A stretch of DNA of 64,000 nucleotides, taken from an uncultured Chloroflexia bacterium. GTDB taxonomy: Bacteria > Chloroflexota > Limnocylindria > Limnocylindrales > CSP1-4. The notes beneath the pieces were generated by a model, which saw only the letters and a list, made by a program, of their open reading frames with translations, searched no databases and was not told the origin of the DNA. Shown piece after piece: positions 53,882 through 61,080 of the stretch. Numbering within the stretch: position 1 is the first letter of the stretch; the number at the start of each line of letters is the position of its first letter. The stretch spans positions 8,549 to 72,548 of the forward strand of contig CAWHHF010000019.1 of NCBI GenBank assembly GCA_963829105.1. Reading direction: 5' to 3'. Position numbers and translations under genes: made by a program.

Positions 53882-54508
53882 TCAGCCCTCGGCGGCCGGG
53901 GCGGCGGAGTCGGCGGCTACGGCCGCGGCCTTGATCGCCTCCGTGGTCTCCTCGTCGACCGGGACCGACTTGACCTCCTGGGCGTCGGGCATCTTCAGCC
54001 TGACGTCCTCGACGGCCGTCGCCGACACGAGGCACAGGATGCCCGAGGTGCCGGGGGTGATGACGTCGGCGAGCTCCTTCTCGACCTCGACCCGGTGGTA
54101 GAGGTTGCGGGCCTTGCCCGCCGCGGCGCCCGCGAACCCGAGCGTGACGGCCCCGGCGACGATCGTGGCCGGCAGGAAGATCCCCGCTACCACGCCGCCG
54201 ACGATGCCCCACTTGAGGCCCGTCCGGGTGCTGTGCTCGGTCATCTTCTGGATGTGGATCCGGCCGTCGGCGTCGGCCTTGGCCACGAGGACGCCGTCGA
54301 TCTCGAGCGAGCCGTCGATCTCGGCCGCCAGGAGCTCGTCGTAGATCGCGATGGCCGACTGGGTGTCGGCGAAGCGGGCCACGATCAGGGCGTGGTCGCC
54401 CTGGGTCGCGATGGCAGCCTCGGCGAGCACGCCCTTGTCATCGGCAACCTGGCCGGCGACGACGACGACGTCGTCCGCGGACGGAGCGGTGGTCTTCTCT
54501 TCGGTCAC
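53882..54508 (-). CDS. DUF1269-type membrane protein
   Basis: GTG 54508 lies 8 nt after AGGAG. HALIVARFADTQSAIAIYDELLAAEIDGSLEIDGVLVAKADADGRIHI. Glycine-zipper TMs GIVGGVVAGIFLPATIVAGAVTLGFAGAAAG. ITPGTSGILCLV. Confidence 0.75.
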   Translation of the reverse strand: MTEEKTTAPSADDVVVVAGQVADDKGVLAEAAIATQGDHALIVARFADTQSAIAIYDELLAAEIDGSLEIDGVLVAKADADGRIHIQKMTEHSTRTGLKWGIVGGVVAGIFLPATIVAGAVTLGFAGAAAGKARNLYHRVEVEKELADVITPGTSGILCLVSATAVEDVRLKMPDAQEVKSVPVDEETTEAIKAAAVAADSAAPAAEG

Positions 54509-54620
54509 GAGTGCTTCTCCTGTCTGAACACGACACCCGCTAGATCGGGCGATCTCATCACAACCCGGTCAGCGCGCTCCGGCTGACTGTCGGCGCGTCA
54601 CCGACCGGGGTCGGGGGCGG

Positions 54621-54803
54621 CTAGAACCGGCGGCGGCCGGGGGTGACCGCGGCGGTGACGACTGCGGCCTTGGCGACCGGCGACGGGCCGGGCTTGGCGA
54701 CGGCGGCGCCGACCACGGCGGCCTTGGCCACCGGCGACGGGCCGGGCTTGACGGCGGCGGTGACGACCGCCGCCTTGGCGACGCGGGACGGCCTGAGCGG
54801 CAT
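54621..54803 (-). CDS. 60-aa polybasic Ala/Val/Pro repeat peptide
   Basis: GGAGGAG-N6-ATG, 1 nt after the upstream stop. MPLRPSRVAKAAVVTAAVKPGPSPVAKAAVVGAAVAKPGPSPVAKAAVVTAAVTPGRRRF has 5 K, 5 R and no D/E. Confidence 0.5.
   Translation of the reverse strand: MPLRPSRVAKAAVVTAAVKPGPSPVAKAAVVGAAVAKPGPSPVAKAAVVTAAVTPGRRRF
54642..54782 (-). repeat. 51-54-bp coding repeats (x3) of the basic peptide
   Basis: VAKAAVV occurs at residues 8, 25 and 43. Confidence 0.7.
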
Positions 54804-54804
54804 G

Positions 54805-55263
54805 TCAGTCTCCTCCTGCCGCGAGGGCCTCGTCGGCCTCGACGGCGGCGATGATGGCCTGGACCGGGATCCGGCCGTTGGCGATGAGCTGCCCGCCGGC
54901 GTGGCGGATGGCGGCCCCGAACGGCGCGGCCCACAGGTTCTCGTAGACGAGCACGGCGCCCAGGCTGCCGGGCGCCATGACCTCGCCGAAGGTAAGGACG
55001 TCCTCCTCCGCCAGGGTCTCGGCGAGCTCGGTCTCGAGCCGGGCAAACTCGCCCATGTCCTCGAGGTCGCCCAGCTCCTGGGCCATGACGGTTCCGTCGG
55101 TTCCCTTGCCGATGAGGACCAGGTCCATGACCCGGATCATCCCGGCATCGTGGAGCCGGAGCAGCTCCTCGGCCGCTTCTCCCGTGAAGTTCTGCTGTCC
55201 TGCCGGGAACTCGACGACCAGGTAGTCGACGGGCCCCAGCTCGTCGAGCGATCGTTCAGTCAT
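54805..55263 (-). CDS. Soluble DUF1269/DUF6325-like two-module protein
   Basis: ATG 55263 follows GGAGGA. PVDYLVVEFPAGQQNFTGEAAEELLRLHDAGMIRVMDLVLIGKGTDG..., APGSLGAVLVYENLWAAPFGAAIRHAGGQLIANGRIPVQAI. Confidence 0.7.
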   Translation of the reverse strand: MTERSLDELGPVDYLVVEFPAGQQNFTGEAAEELLRLHDAGMIRVMDLVLIGKGTDGTVMAQELGDLEDMGEFARLETELAETLAEEDVLTFGEVMAPGSLGAVLVYENLWAAPFGAAIRHAGGQLIANGRIPVQAIIAAVEADEALAAGGD

Positions 55264-55568
55264 AGATCCTCCATGTGTGCCCGACTCACCTCGAGCCGTC
55301 CTGGTTGGTTCGCCGCCAAGAAGCCTCTGCCGGCTCCGCCGGCCGCGCTCCTCGCCGAGCACTCCTTCTCCCCATGGTGCTCCCGAACGGGTACAGGGGC
55401 ATCGTCCCATTGGGATGAGCCCCCGGCCTGTCGATCTGTCGCCGGTGCGGCGGAGGACATCCCCGTTGCACGACTCGAGGGCCGCAGCCCCGTGCGTCCA
55501 CCGGCTGGGTCCCGACCGAGCGGAACGACAAGGATACTCCCCGACTCGGCGCAGGGACCGCACGTAGC

Positions 55569-55606
55569 ACCGCACCGGTCAGGACACCGCACCGGTCAGG
55601 ACACCG
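55569..55606. repeat. 17-bp tandem duplication (x2.2), intergenic
   Basis: accgcaccggtcaggac at 55569-55585 and 55586-55602, plus accg. Confidence 0.9.
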
Positions 55607-55632
55607 AACCCACCGTTCGTCCAATCCGGGCG

Positions 55633-55794
55633 ATGGTCAACGCCCGGGCCCAGGTGGTCGCGCTGCTCGCCGTGGCGCTGATCGGCAGCATCGGGATCAT
55701 CGTCCCGGTCGCCGTCTACTTCGCGGGCGGCGCGAAGGCCGCGGACGTGCTCGGCGGGTGGAAGGTGTGGCTCACCGCCAACAACGCGGTCGCG
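55633..55794 (+). pseudogene. Internal fragment of a GAP-family (DUF2910-like) membrane protein
   Basis: MVNARAQVVALLAVALIGSIGIIVPVAVYFAGGAKAADVLGGWKVWLTANNAV resembles the penultimate TM plus the W-x3-NN-x-V motif. Similarity stops exactly at the stop codon of the convergent CoADR gene, and there is no N-terminal part upstream. Confidence 0.35.
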
Positions 55795-57480
55795 TCACCC
55801 GGCCGAGAGGGTCGCGTGCGACAGCATCCCGCCGGAGACGGTGCGCGCCGCGAACCCGTTCTGGAGCAGGATCCGGGTCGCGTAGTAGGCCCGCTGACCA
55901 GAGCGACAGATGACGTGGATCTCGCGATCGCGCGGCAGCTCGTCGAGGCGTGCCCGGAGCTCGGGGAGCGGGATGTTGACGACCCCCGGCACCTGCTCGA
56001 CGGCCAGCTCCGCGGGCTGGCGGACGTCGAGCAGGAACGGGTGCTCGTCGTCCCAGTGGGCCACCGGCATATCGCCCCGGAGGACGTCGGCGGCAACCAT
56101 CCCGGCGAAGTTGACCGGCGATTTCGCGCTGCCGAACTGCGGTGCGTAGGTGAGCTCCGCCTCCTCGAGGTCGTACACCGTGGCCCCGAACTGGAGGGCC
56201 ACCGCGAACGCGTCGATCCGCTTGTCCACGCCGTCGAGGCCCACGGCCTGGGCGCCCAGGAGCCGTCCGTCCGACTTGCGGAACAGGAGCTTGGTGGCGA
56301 CGTATTGCGCGCCGGGGTAGTAGCCGGCGTGGGAGTTCGGGTAGATGTAGACCTTCTCGTAGTCGGTGTCGCCGGTCCGGCGCAGCGTCTTCTCGCTGAC
56401 ACCCGTCCAGGCGGCCGCCCCGCCGAACAGGCCCACGATGGCAGTGCCCTGGGTGCCCCGGAAGCGCGAGTCGCGCCCGGCGATGACCTCCGCGGCGATG
56501 CGGCCCTGCCGGTTCGCCGGACCCGCGAGCGGCACGTGCGCCTGGGCGCCGGTGACGTGGTCCCGTACCTCGATGGCGTCGCCCACGGCGAAGATGTCGG
56601 GGACGCTCGTGCGCATCTGGTCGTCGACCAGGATGCCGCCGCGCTCGCCGATCGCCAGCCCGGCGGTCCGGGCAAGTCCGAGCTCCGGCCGGACGCCGAT
56701 GCCCATGACCACGATGTCGGCCGGGATCGCCTTGCCGGACTCGGTGAGCACCTCGAGCGACGAGCCGGCGGCCTGGCGGAAGCCGGTCACGTTCTCGCTG
56801 AGGGCCAGCTTGACGCCGTTGCGCGCCACGTGGCGCTCGACGTAGCGGGCCATCTCCGGGTCCATCGGCGACATGAGCTGCGGCCCGCGCTGGATCAGCG
56901 TGACGTCGAGACCGAGGTGCACCAGGTTCTCGGCCATCTCGAGCCCGATGAAGCCGCCGCCGACCACGACCGCGCGCCGCGCGGGCACGACGGTCTGGGA
57001 CCCCGTGTAGGTGTCGAGCCCGGATGGATCGCTGACGTGGCCCTCCATCCACTCGCGGATGGCGTGGACGTCGGGCACCGTTCGGACGATGAAGATGCCC
57101 GGGAGGTCGATGCCGGGCAGGGGCGGCCGGATCGGCGTGGCGCCGGGCGACAGGACCAGCCTGTCGTACGCCTCGCTGGACACCTCGCCGGAAGCGACGT
57201 CGCGGAGCTGGACGGTCTTCGCCTTGGGATCGATCGAGACGGCCTCGCACAGCGTGCGAACCTCGACGTTGAGCTGCGCCCTGAACAGCGCCGCATCTGC
57301 CAGCACGAGCTTCGACTCGCGCGGGATGACGCCGCCCACGTAGTACGGCAGCCCGCAGTTGGCGTACGAGATGTATGGCCCCCGCTCCACGACGATGATC
57401 TCCGCGCGCTCGTCGAGCCGGCGCAGGCGCGCCGCACACGATGCCCCGCCGGCGACTCCGCCGACAATCACGACCTTCAT
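55795..57480 (-). CDS. CoA-disulfide reductase / NADH oxidase-family flavoprotein with C-terminal rhodanese domain
   Basis: VVIVGGVAGGASCAARL, redox Cys in SYANCGLPYY, second dinucleotide fold VVVGGGFIGLEMAE. C-terminal LLDVRQP...VICRSGQRAYYA (rhodanese Cys loop). Confidence 0.88.
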   Translation of the reverse strand: MKVVIVGGVAGGASCAARLRRLDERAEIIVVERGPYISYANCGLPYYVGGVIPRESKLVLADAALFRAQLNVEVRTLCEAVSIDPKAKTVQLRDVASGEVSSEAYDRLVLSPGATPIRPPLPGIDLPGIFIVRTVPDVHAIREWMEGHVSDPSGLDTYTGSQTVVPARRAVVVGGGFIGLEMAENLVHLGLDVTLIQRGPQLMSPMDPEMARYVERHVARNGVKLALSENVTGFRQAAGSSLEVLTESGKAIPADIVVMGIGVRPELGLARTAGLAIGERGGILVDDQMRTSVPDIFAVGDAIEVRDHVTGAQAHVPLAGPANRQGRIAAEVIAGRDSRFRGTQGTAIVGLFGGAAAWTGVSEKTLRRTGDTDYEKVYIYPNSHAGYYPGAQYVATKLLFRKSDGRLLGAQAVGLDGVDKRIDAFAVALQFGATVYDLEEAELTYAPQFGSAKSPVNFAGMVAADVLRGDMPVAHWDDEHPFLLDVRQPAELAVEQVPGVVNIPLPELRARLDELPRDREIHVICRSGQRAYYATRILLQNGFAARTVSGGMLSHATLSAG

Positions 57481-57562
57481 CACCTGACCTCGCTTCTTGT
57501 CGGGTGCCCGCAGCCGATGCGACGGCTGCGCCTCGGGCGGCCCGGTGGCCTGCCGGGCACTG

Positions 57563-59035
57563 TCAGCTGACCCATGGGTCCCGCCAGCCGCCGTGGCCGG
57601 CGGCGAGACCGGTCGCGGCGTCCGGCCCCCAGGAGCCGGGCGCGTACGGCAGCACCAGCGGCGGTGTCTCGATGAAGGGTCCGAAAACGCGCCACGCCTC
57701 CTCGATCCCGTCCTGGCGGGCGAATCGGGCGCTCCGTCCGTCCATCGCCGCCTGCAGGAGGACCTCGTACGGCGTGGCCCCCTCCCCGCCCTGCTCCGCG
57801 AACGTCATGTCCAGGGCGACCGAGTCCGGCATCGCGGAGTCCGCACGCTGTGCGTTGAGGCGGAGCTGGACGCCCGTCACGGGGTCGAGCCGGATGACCA
57901 GCTGGTCGGGCTCGTTGTCTGCCCGGCGCAGGCCGAAGCCGAGCCGCGGCGACTTCTTGAACACGAGCCGGAGCTCCGTTTCCGTCACCGGCAGTCGCTT
58001 GCCCGCGCGGATGAAGAACGGGACGCCCGACCAGCGCCAGTTCTCGATCTCGAGGGTCATCGCCGCGTAGGTCTCCGTGGTGGACGCTGGGTCCACGCCC
58101 TCGATGGCGCGGTACCCGTCGTACTGGCCGCGGACGTAGCTGGCCGGATCGGCCGTCTTGATCGATTTGAACACGGTGGTGACCGCGGTCCGGATCGTCT
58201 CCGGGTCCCCGCCGGCCGGCGCCTCCATCGCGGCGGTGGCGATGACCTGCATCAGGTGGTTGACCACCACGTCCCGGAGTGCGCCCACCGGGTCGTAGAA
58301 CCGGCCCCGCGTCTCGACGCCGAAGTCCTCGGCCATCGTGATCTGCACGCACTCGACGAAGTTCCGGTTCCAGACCGGCTCGAGCATCGTGTTCGAGAAG
58401 CGCAGGTACAGGATCTCCTCGAGACCCATCTTGCCGAGGTAGTGGTCGATCCGGTAGATCTGCGACTCGTCGAGGTACTGGTGGAGCTCGGCGGCGAGGG
58501 CGCGTGCGGACGCGAGGTCGTGACCGAACGGCTTCTCGACGATGACCCTGGCGTCACTGGCCGTCAGGCCGGCGCCGGCGAGGCCCTTGACGACCGTTGC
58601 GAACAGCGAGGGCGGGGTCTCCAGGTAGTGGACCGGGCGGGCGGCACCGCCGATTGCGACGGCCAGGCGCAGGTAGGTGGCGGGATCGGCGAAGTCGCCC
58701 TGGACGTAGGCGAGCCGCGCCGCCAGCCGTTCGAACACGACCGGATCAAGGGTCTCGCTCGTCCCGACGATCGATGTCCGCGCCCGCTCGATGAGCTGTT
58801 CGCGACTCCAGTCCTTGTGCCCGACGCCGATGATCGGGCATCCGAGCAGCCCGCGCCGCTCGAGGCGGTACAGGGACCGGAAGGTCATGACTCGCGCCAG
58901 GTCGCCGGTGATGCCGAAGATCACGAGGACGTCGGCGGGCTGCGCAGACCGCGAGGGCCGATCCGTGAGTGTCATGTCGTTGAGTGAGGACCTCCCAACT
59001 GACGTCAGCGGTCCGGCAGACGTCGTCGCCGGCAC
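57563..59035 (-). CDS. zwf: Glucose-6-phosphate dehydrogenase
   Basis: [32 protein letters not shown] 59035 lies 7 nt after GGGAGG. ATG 58975 is an alternative start. Confidence 0.92.
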   Translation of the reverse strand: MPATTSAGPLTSVGRSSLNDMTLTDRPSRSAQPADVLVIFGITGDLARVMTFRSLYRLERRGLLGCPIIGVGHKDWSREQLIERARTSIVGTSETLDPVVFERLAARLAYVQGDFADPATYLRLAVAIGGAARPVHYLETPPSLFATVVKGLAGAGLTASDARVIVEKPFGHDLASARALAAELHQYLDESQIYRIDHYLGKMGLEEILYLRFSNTMLEPVWNRNFVECVQITMAEDFGVETRGRFYDPVGALRDVVVNHLMQVIATAAMEAPAGGDPETIRTAVTTVFKSIKTADPASYVRGQYDGYRAIEGVDPASTTETYAAMTLEIENWRWSGVPFFIRAGKRLPVTETELRLVFKKSPRLGFGLRRADNEPDQLVIRLDPVTGVQLRLNAQRADSAMPDSVALDMTFAEQGGEGATPYEVLLQAAMDGRSARFARQDGIEEAWRVFGPFIETPPLVLPYAPGSWGPDAATGLAAGHGGWRDPWVS

Positions 59036-59178
59036 CAGTTGACCTCCCGGACGTTAACCCCTCGTCAACGAGGCGTTGTCGTCCCCTTCGAAGGATATCG
59101 GCGCAGCCATACGCGACCTATGCTCATTGGCGGAGCGATCATCGGCCCGTCGCGGGCCGGCTCCACGCGAACGAGACG

Positions 59179-60789
59179 ATGCGCGCGAACGCACCCGGCA
59201 TGGCCGCCAATCCCCTCATCTACGAGATCGACACCTGGCCGTGGCTCGAGAGACTCCGGCGCGTGGCCGGCCAGCCAGTTTCGCTCGCCACGGTTCCGGC
59301 GGCCACCTGGGACGCGCTGGCCGGGCTGGGCGTGGACGCGGTCTGGCTGATGGGCGTCTGGCGCCGCAGCCCGGCCGGGACCGCGATCGCGATGGCCGAT
59401 CCGCGCCACCTCGCCGAGTTCCGGCGGGTCCTTCCCGACTTCGAGACAGGCGACGTCGCCGGCTCGCCGTACTGCGTGCGCGAGTACGTCGTGGACGACC
59501 ACCTGGGCGGGCCCGCGGGGCTCGCCGCCGCACGCCGTGCGCTGGCGGACCGGGGGATCGGGCTGATCCTGGATTTCGTCCCGAACCATGTGGCGCCCGA
59601 CCACCCGTGGATCACGGAGCGTCCCGACGTCTTCGTGGCCGGGTCCGAAGACGACCTGGCCCGCGACCCGAGCTCGTTCGTGCGCGCGGGCGACCGGGTG
59701 CTGGCCTGCGGGCGGGACCCGTACTTCCCCGCCTGGTCCGACGTGGTGCAGCTCGACGCGTTCTCGCCGGACCTCCGCCGGGCGGCGATCGAGACGCTGT
59801 CCGGGATCCTCGACCAGTGCGACGGGGTCCGCTGCGACATGGCGATGCTGCTGCTCAACGACGTGTTCGCCCGCACCTGGTGCGACCGCGTGGGCCGGGT
59901 GCCGGCGACCGAGTACTGGAGCGACGTTGTCGGTGCGGTCCGGGCATCGCACCCGGACGCCATCCTCATCGCCGAGGCCTACTGGGACCTCGAGTGGCGC
60001 CTCCAGCAGCTGGGCTTCGACTACTGCTATGACAAGCGGCTCTACGACCGGCTCGAGAGCGGCGATGCCGAATCCATCCGGCTCCACCTCTGCGCGGACC
60101 TCGCTTACCAGCAGCACCTCGTGCGCTTCATCGAGAACCACGACGAGCCGCGGGCAACCACCGCGTTCCCCGGCGGGCGGGAGCGGGCCGCGGCCGTGGT
60201 GGCGCTCACCCAGCCGGGCGCCCGCCTGGTGCATGACGGGCAGCTGGAGGGCCGGCGCGTCTTTGTGCCCGTGTTCCTGGGCCGGGCGCCCGACGAGGTC
60301 GCGGACCCGGACCTCGAGCGCTGGTACCGGGCGTTGCTCGGCGTGGTCCGGGATCCGGCCGTGCACGACGGGCGGTGGCAGCTGTGCGATCGATGGGGCT
60401 GGCCGGGCAACGACCGATGGAGCCAGATCGTGGCCTGGTGCTGGGAGCGATCGGGGCCCGATGACACGGCGCCGGAGATCGCAGAGCCGGAACACACAGA
60501 GGCGGGGGCCGCGGCTCCGGAGATCGCAGAGCCCGCGGACGTCCGCCGGTGGCTGATCGTCGTGAACCTCGGCACCGAGACCGCGGCGGCACGGGTGGCC
60601 GTCCCGCCGTCCTGGGGCGCGCTGCGGGGCGCGGACGTCGGCCTCGTCGATCCGGTCCACGACACAGCCTTCGGCCGCTCGGGTGACGAGCTCCTCGACG
60701 GCCTCTACGTCCAGCTCGATCCCTGGGGATCCCACCTGTTCTCGGTCCGGCCCGCGACACGCGAGCCCGACCAACGGGAAGCACCATGA
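59179..60789 (+). CDS. GH13 alpha-amylase-family glycoside hydrolase
   Basis: Regions I-IV are present: LILDFVPNH, GVRCDMAM, LIAEAYW, FIENHD. The start is 59179 or 59200. Confidence 0.85.
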   Translation: MRANAPGMAANPLIYEIDTWPWLERLRRVAGQPVSLATVPAATWDALAGLGVDAVWLMGVWRRSPAGTAIAMADPRHLAEFRRVLPDFETGDVAGSPYCVREYVVDDHLGGPAGLAAARRALADRGIGLILDFVPNHVAPDHPWITERPDVFVAGSEDDLARDPSSFVRAGDRVLACGRDPYFPAWSDVVQLDAFSPDLRRAAIETLSGILDQCDGVRCDMAMLLLNDVFARTWCDRVGRVPATEYWSDVVGAVRASHPDAILIAEAYWDLEWRLQQLGFDYCYDKRLYDRLESGDAESIRLHLCADLAYQQHLVRFIENHDEPRATTAFPGGRERAAAVVALTQPGARLVHDGQLEGRRVFVPVFLGRAPDEVADPDLERWYRALLGVVRDPAVHDGRWQLCDRWGWPGNDRWSQIVAWCWERSGPDDTAPEIAEPEHTEAGAAAPEIAEPADVRRWLIVVNLGTETAAARVAVPPSWGALRGADVGLVDPVHDTAFGRSGDELLDGLYVQLDPWGSHLFSVRPATREPDQREAP

Positions 60790-61075
60790 ACCCGACCGCG
60801 AATACCGCCGCCGGGGGCCCGACCCGGCGGGCCCGACAGTAGGGCCCCGACCTCGCCGAGCGCGCCTGGAGCACGGTCCGCGAGGACTGCAGTCCGGACG
60901 GCAACGCGTGGGCCCTCGTCCCCACACGATCATGCGCGCTCCCGCGCGTATCGCTGGAACGGGGACGGGATGGCCGGGTCTCGGACATCCGCCACGAGCT
61001 GTGCCTCGCCCTGGGCCTGTGGAACGGGGTCGATCCGATCGTCGCTGGGCTGACGCTCGGGACCGGGCGCGAGCT
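60786..61075 (+). pseudogene. 5' remnant of a GH63-like (MGH1-like) glucosidase gene
   Basis: The ATG overlaps the amylase stop (ATGA). Frame reads ...RRARQ-TAG-GPDLAERAWSTVREDCSPDGNAWALVP, then a +1 shift to HDHARSRAYRWNGDGMAG, then a -1 shift back to VSDIRHELCLALGLWNGVDPIV. Similarity ends at the LuxR gene. Confidence 0.5.
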
Positions 61076-61080
61076 TGGGG

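Noticed and set aside
54643-57570. 975-aa ORF on the plus strand
   Set aside because: It is antisense to the DUF1269-type gene and the CoADR gene, which have clear motifs. Only residues encoded at 55633-55794 look protein-like, and those are reported as a pseudogene fragment.
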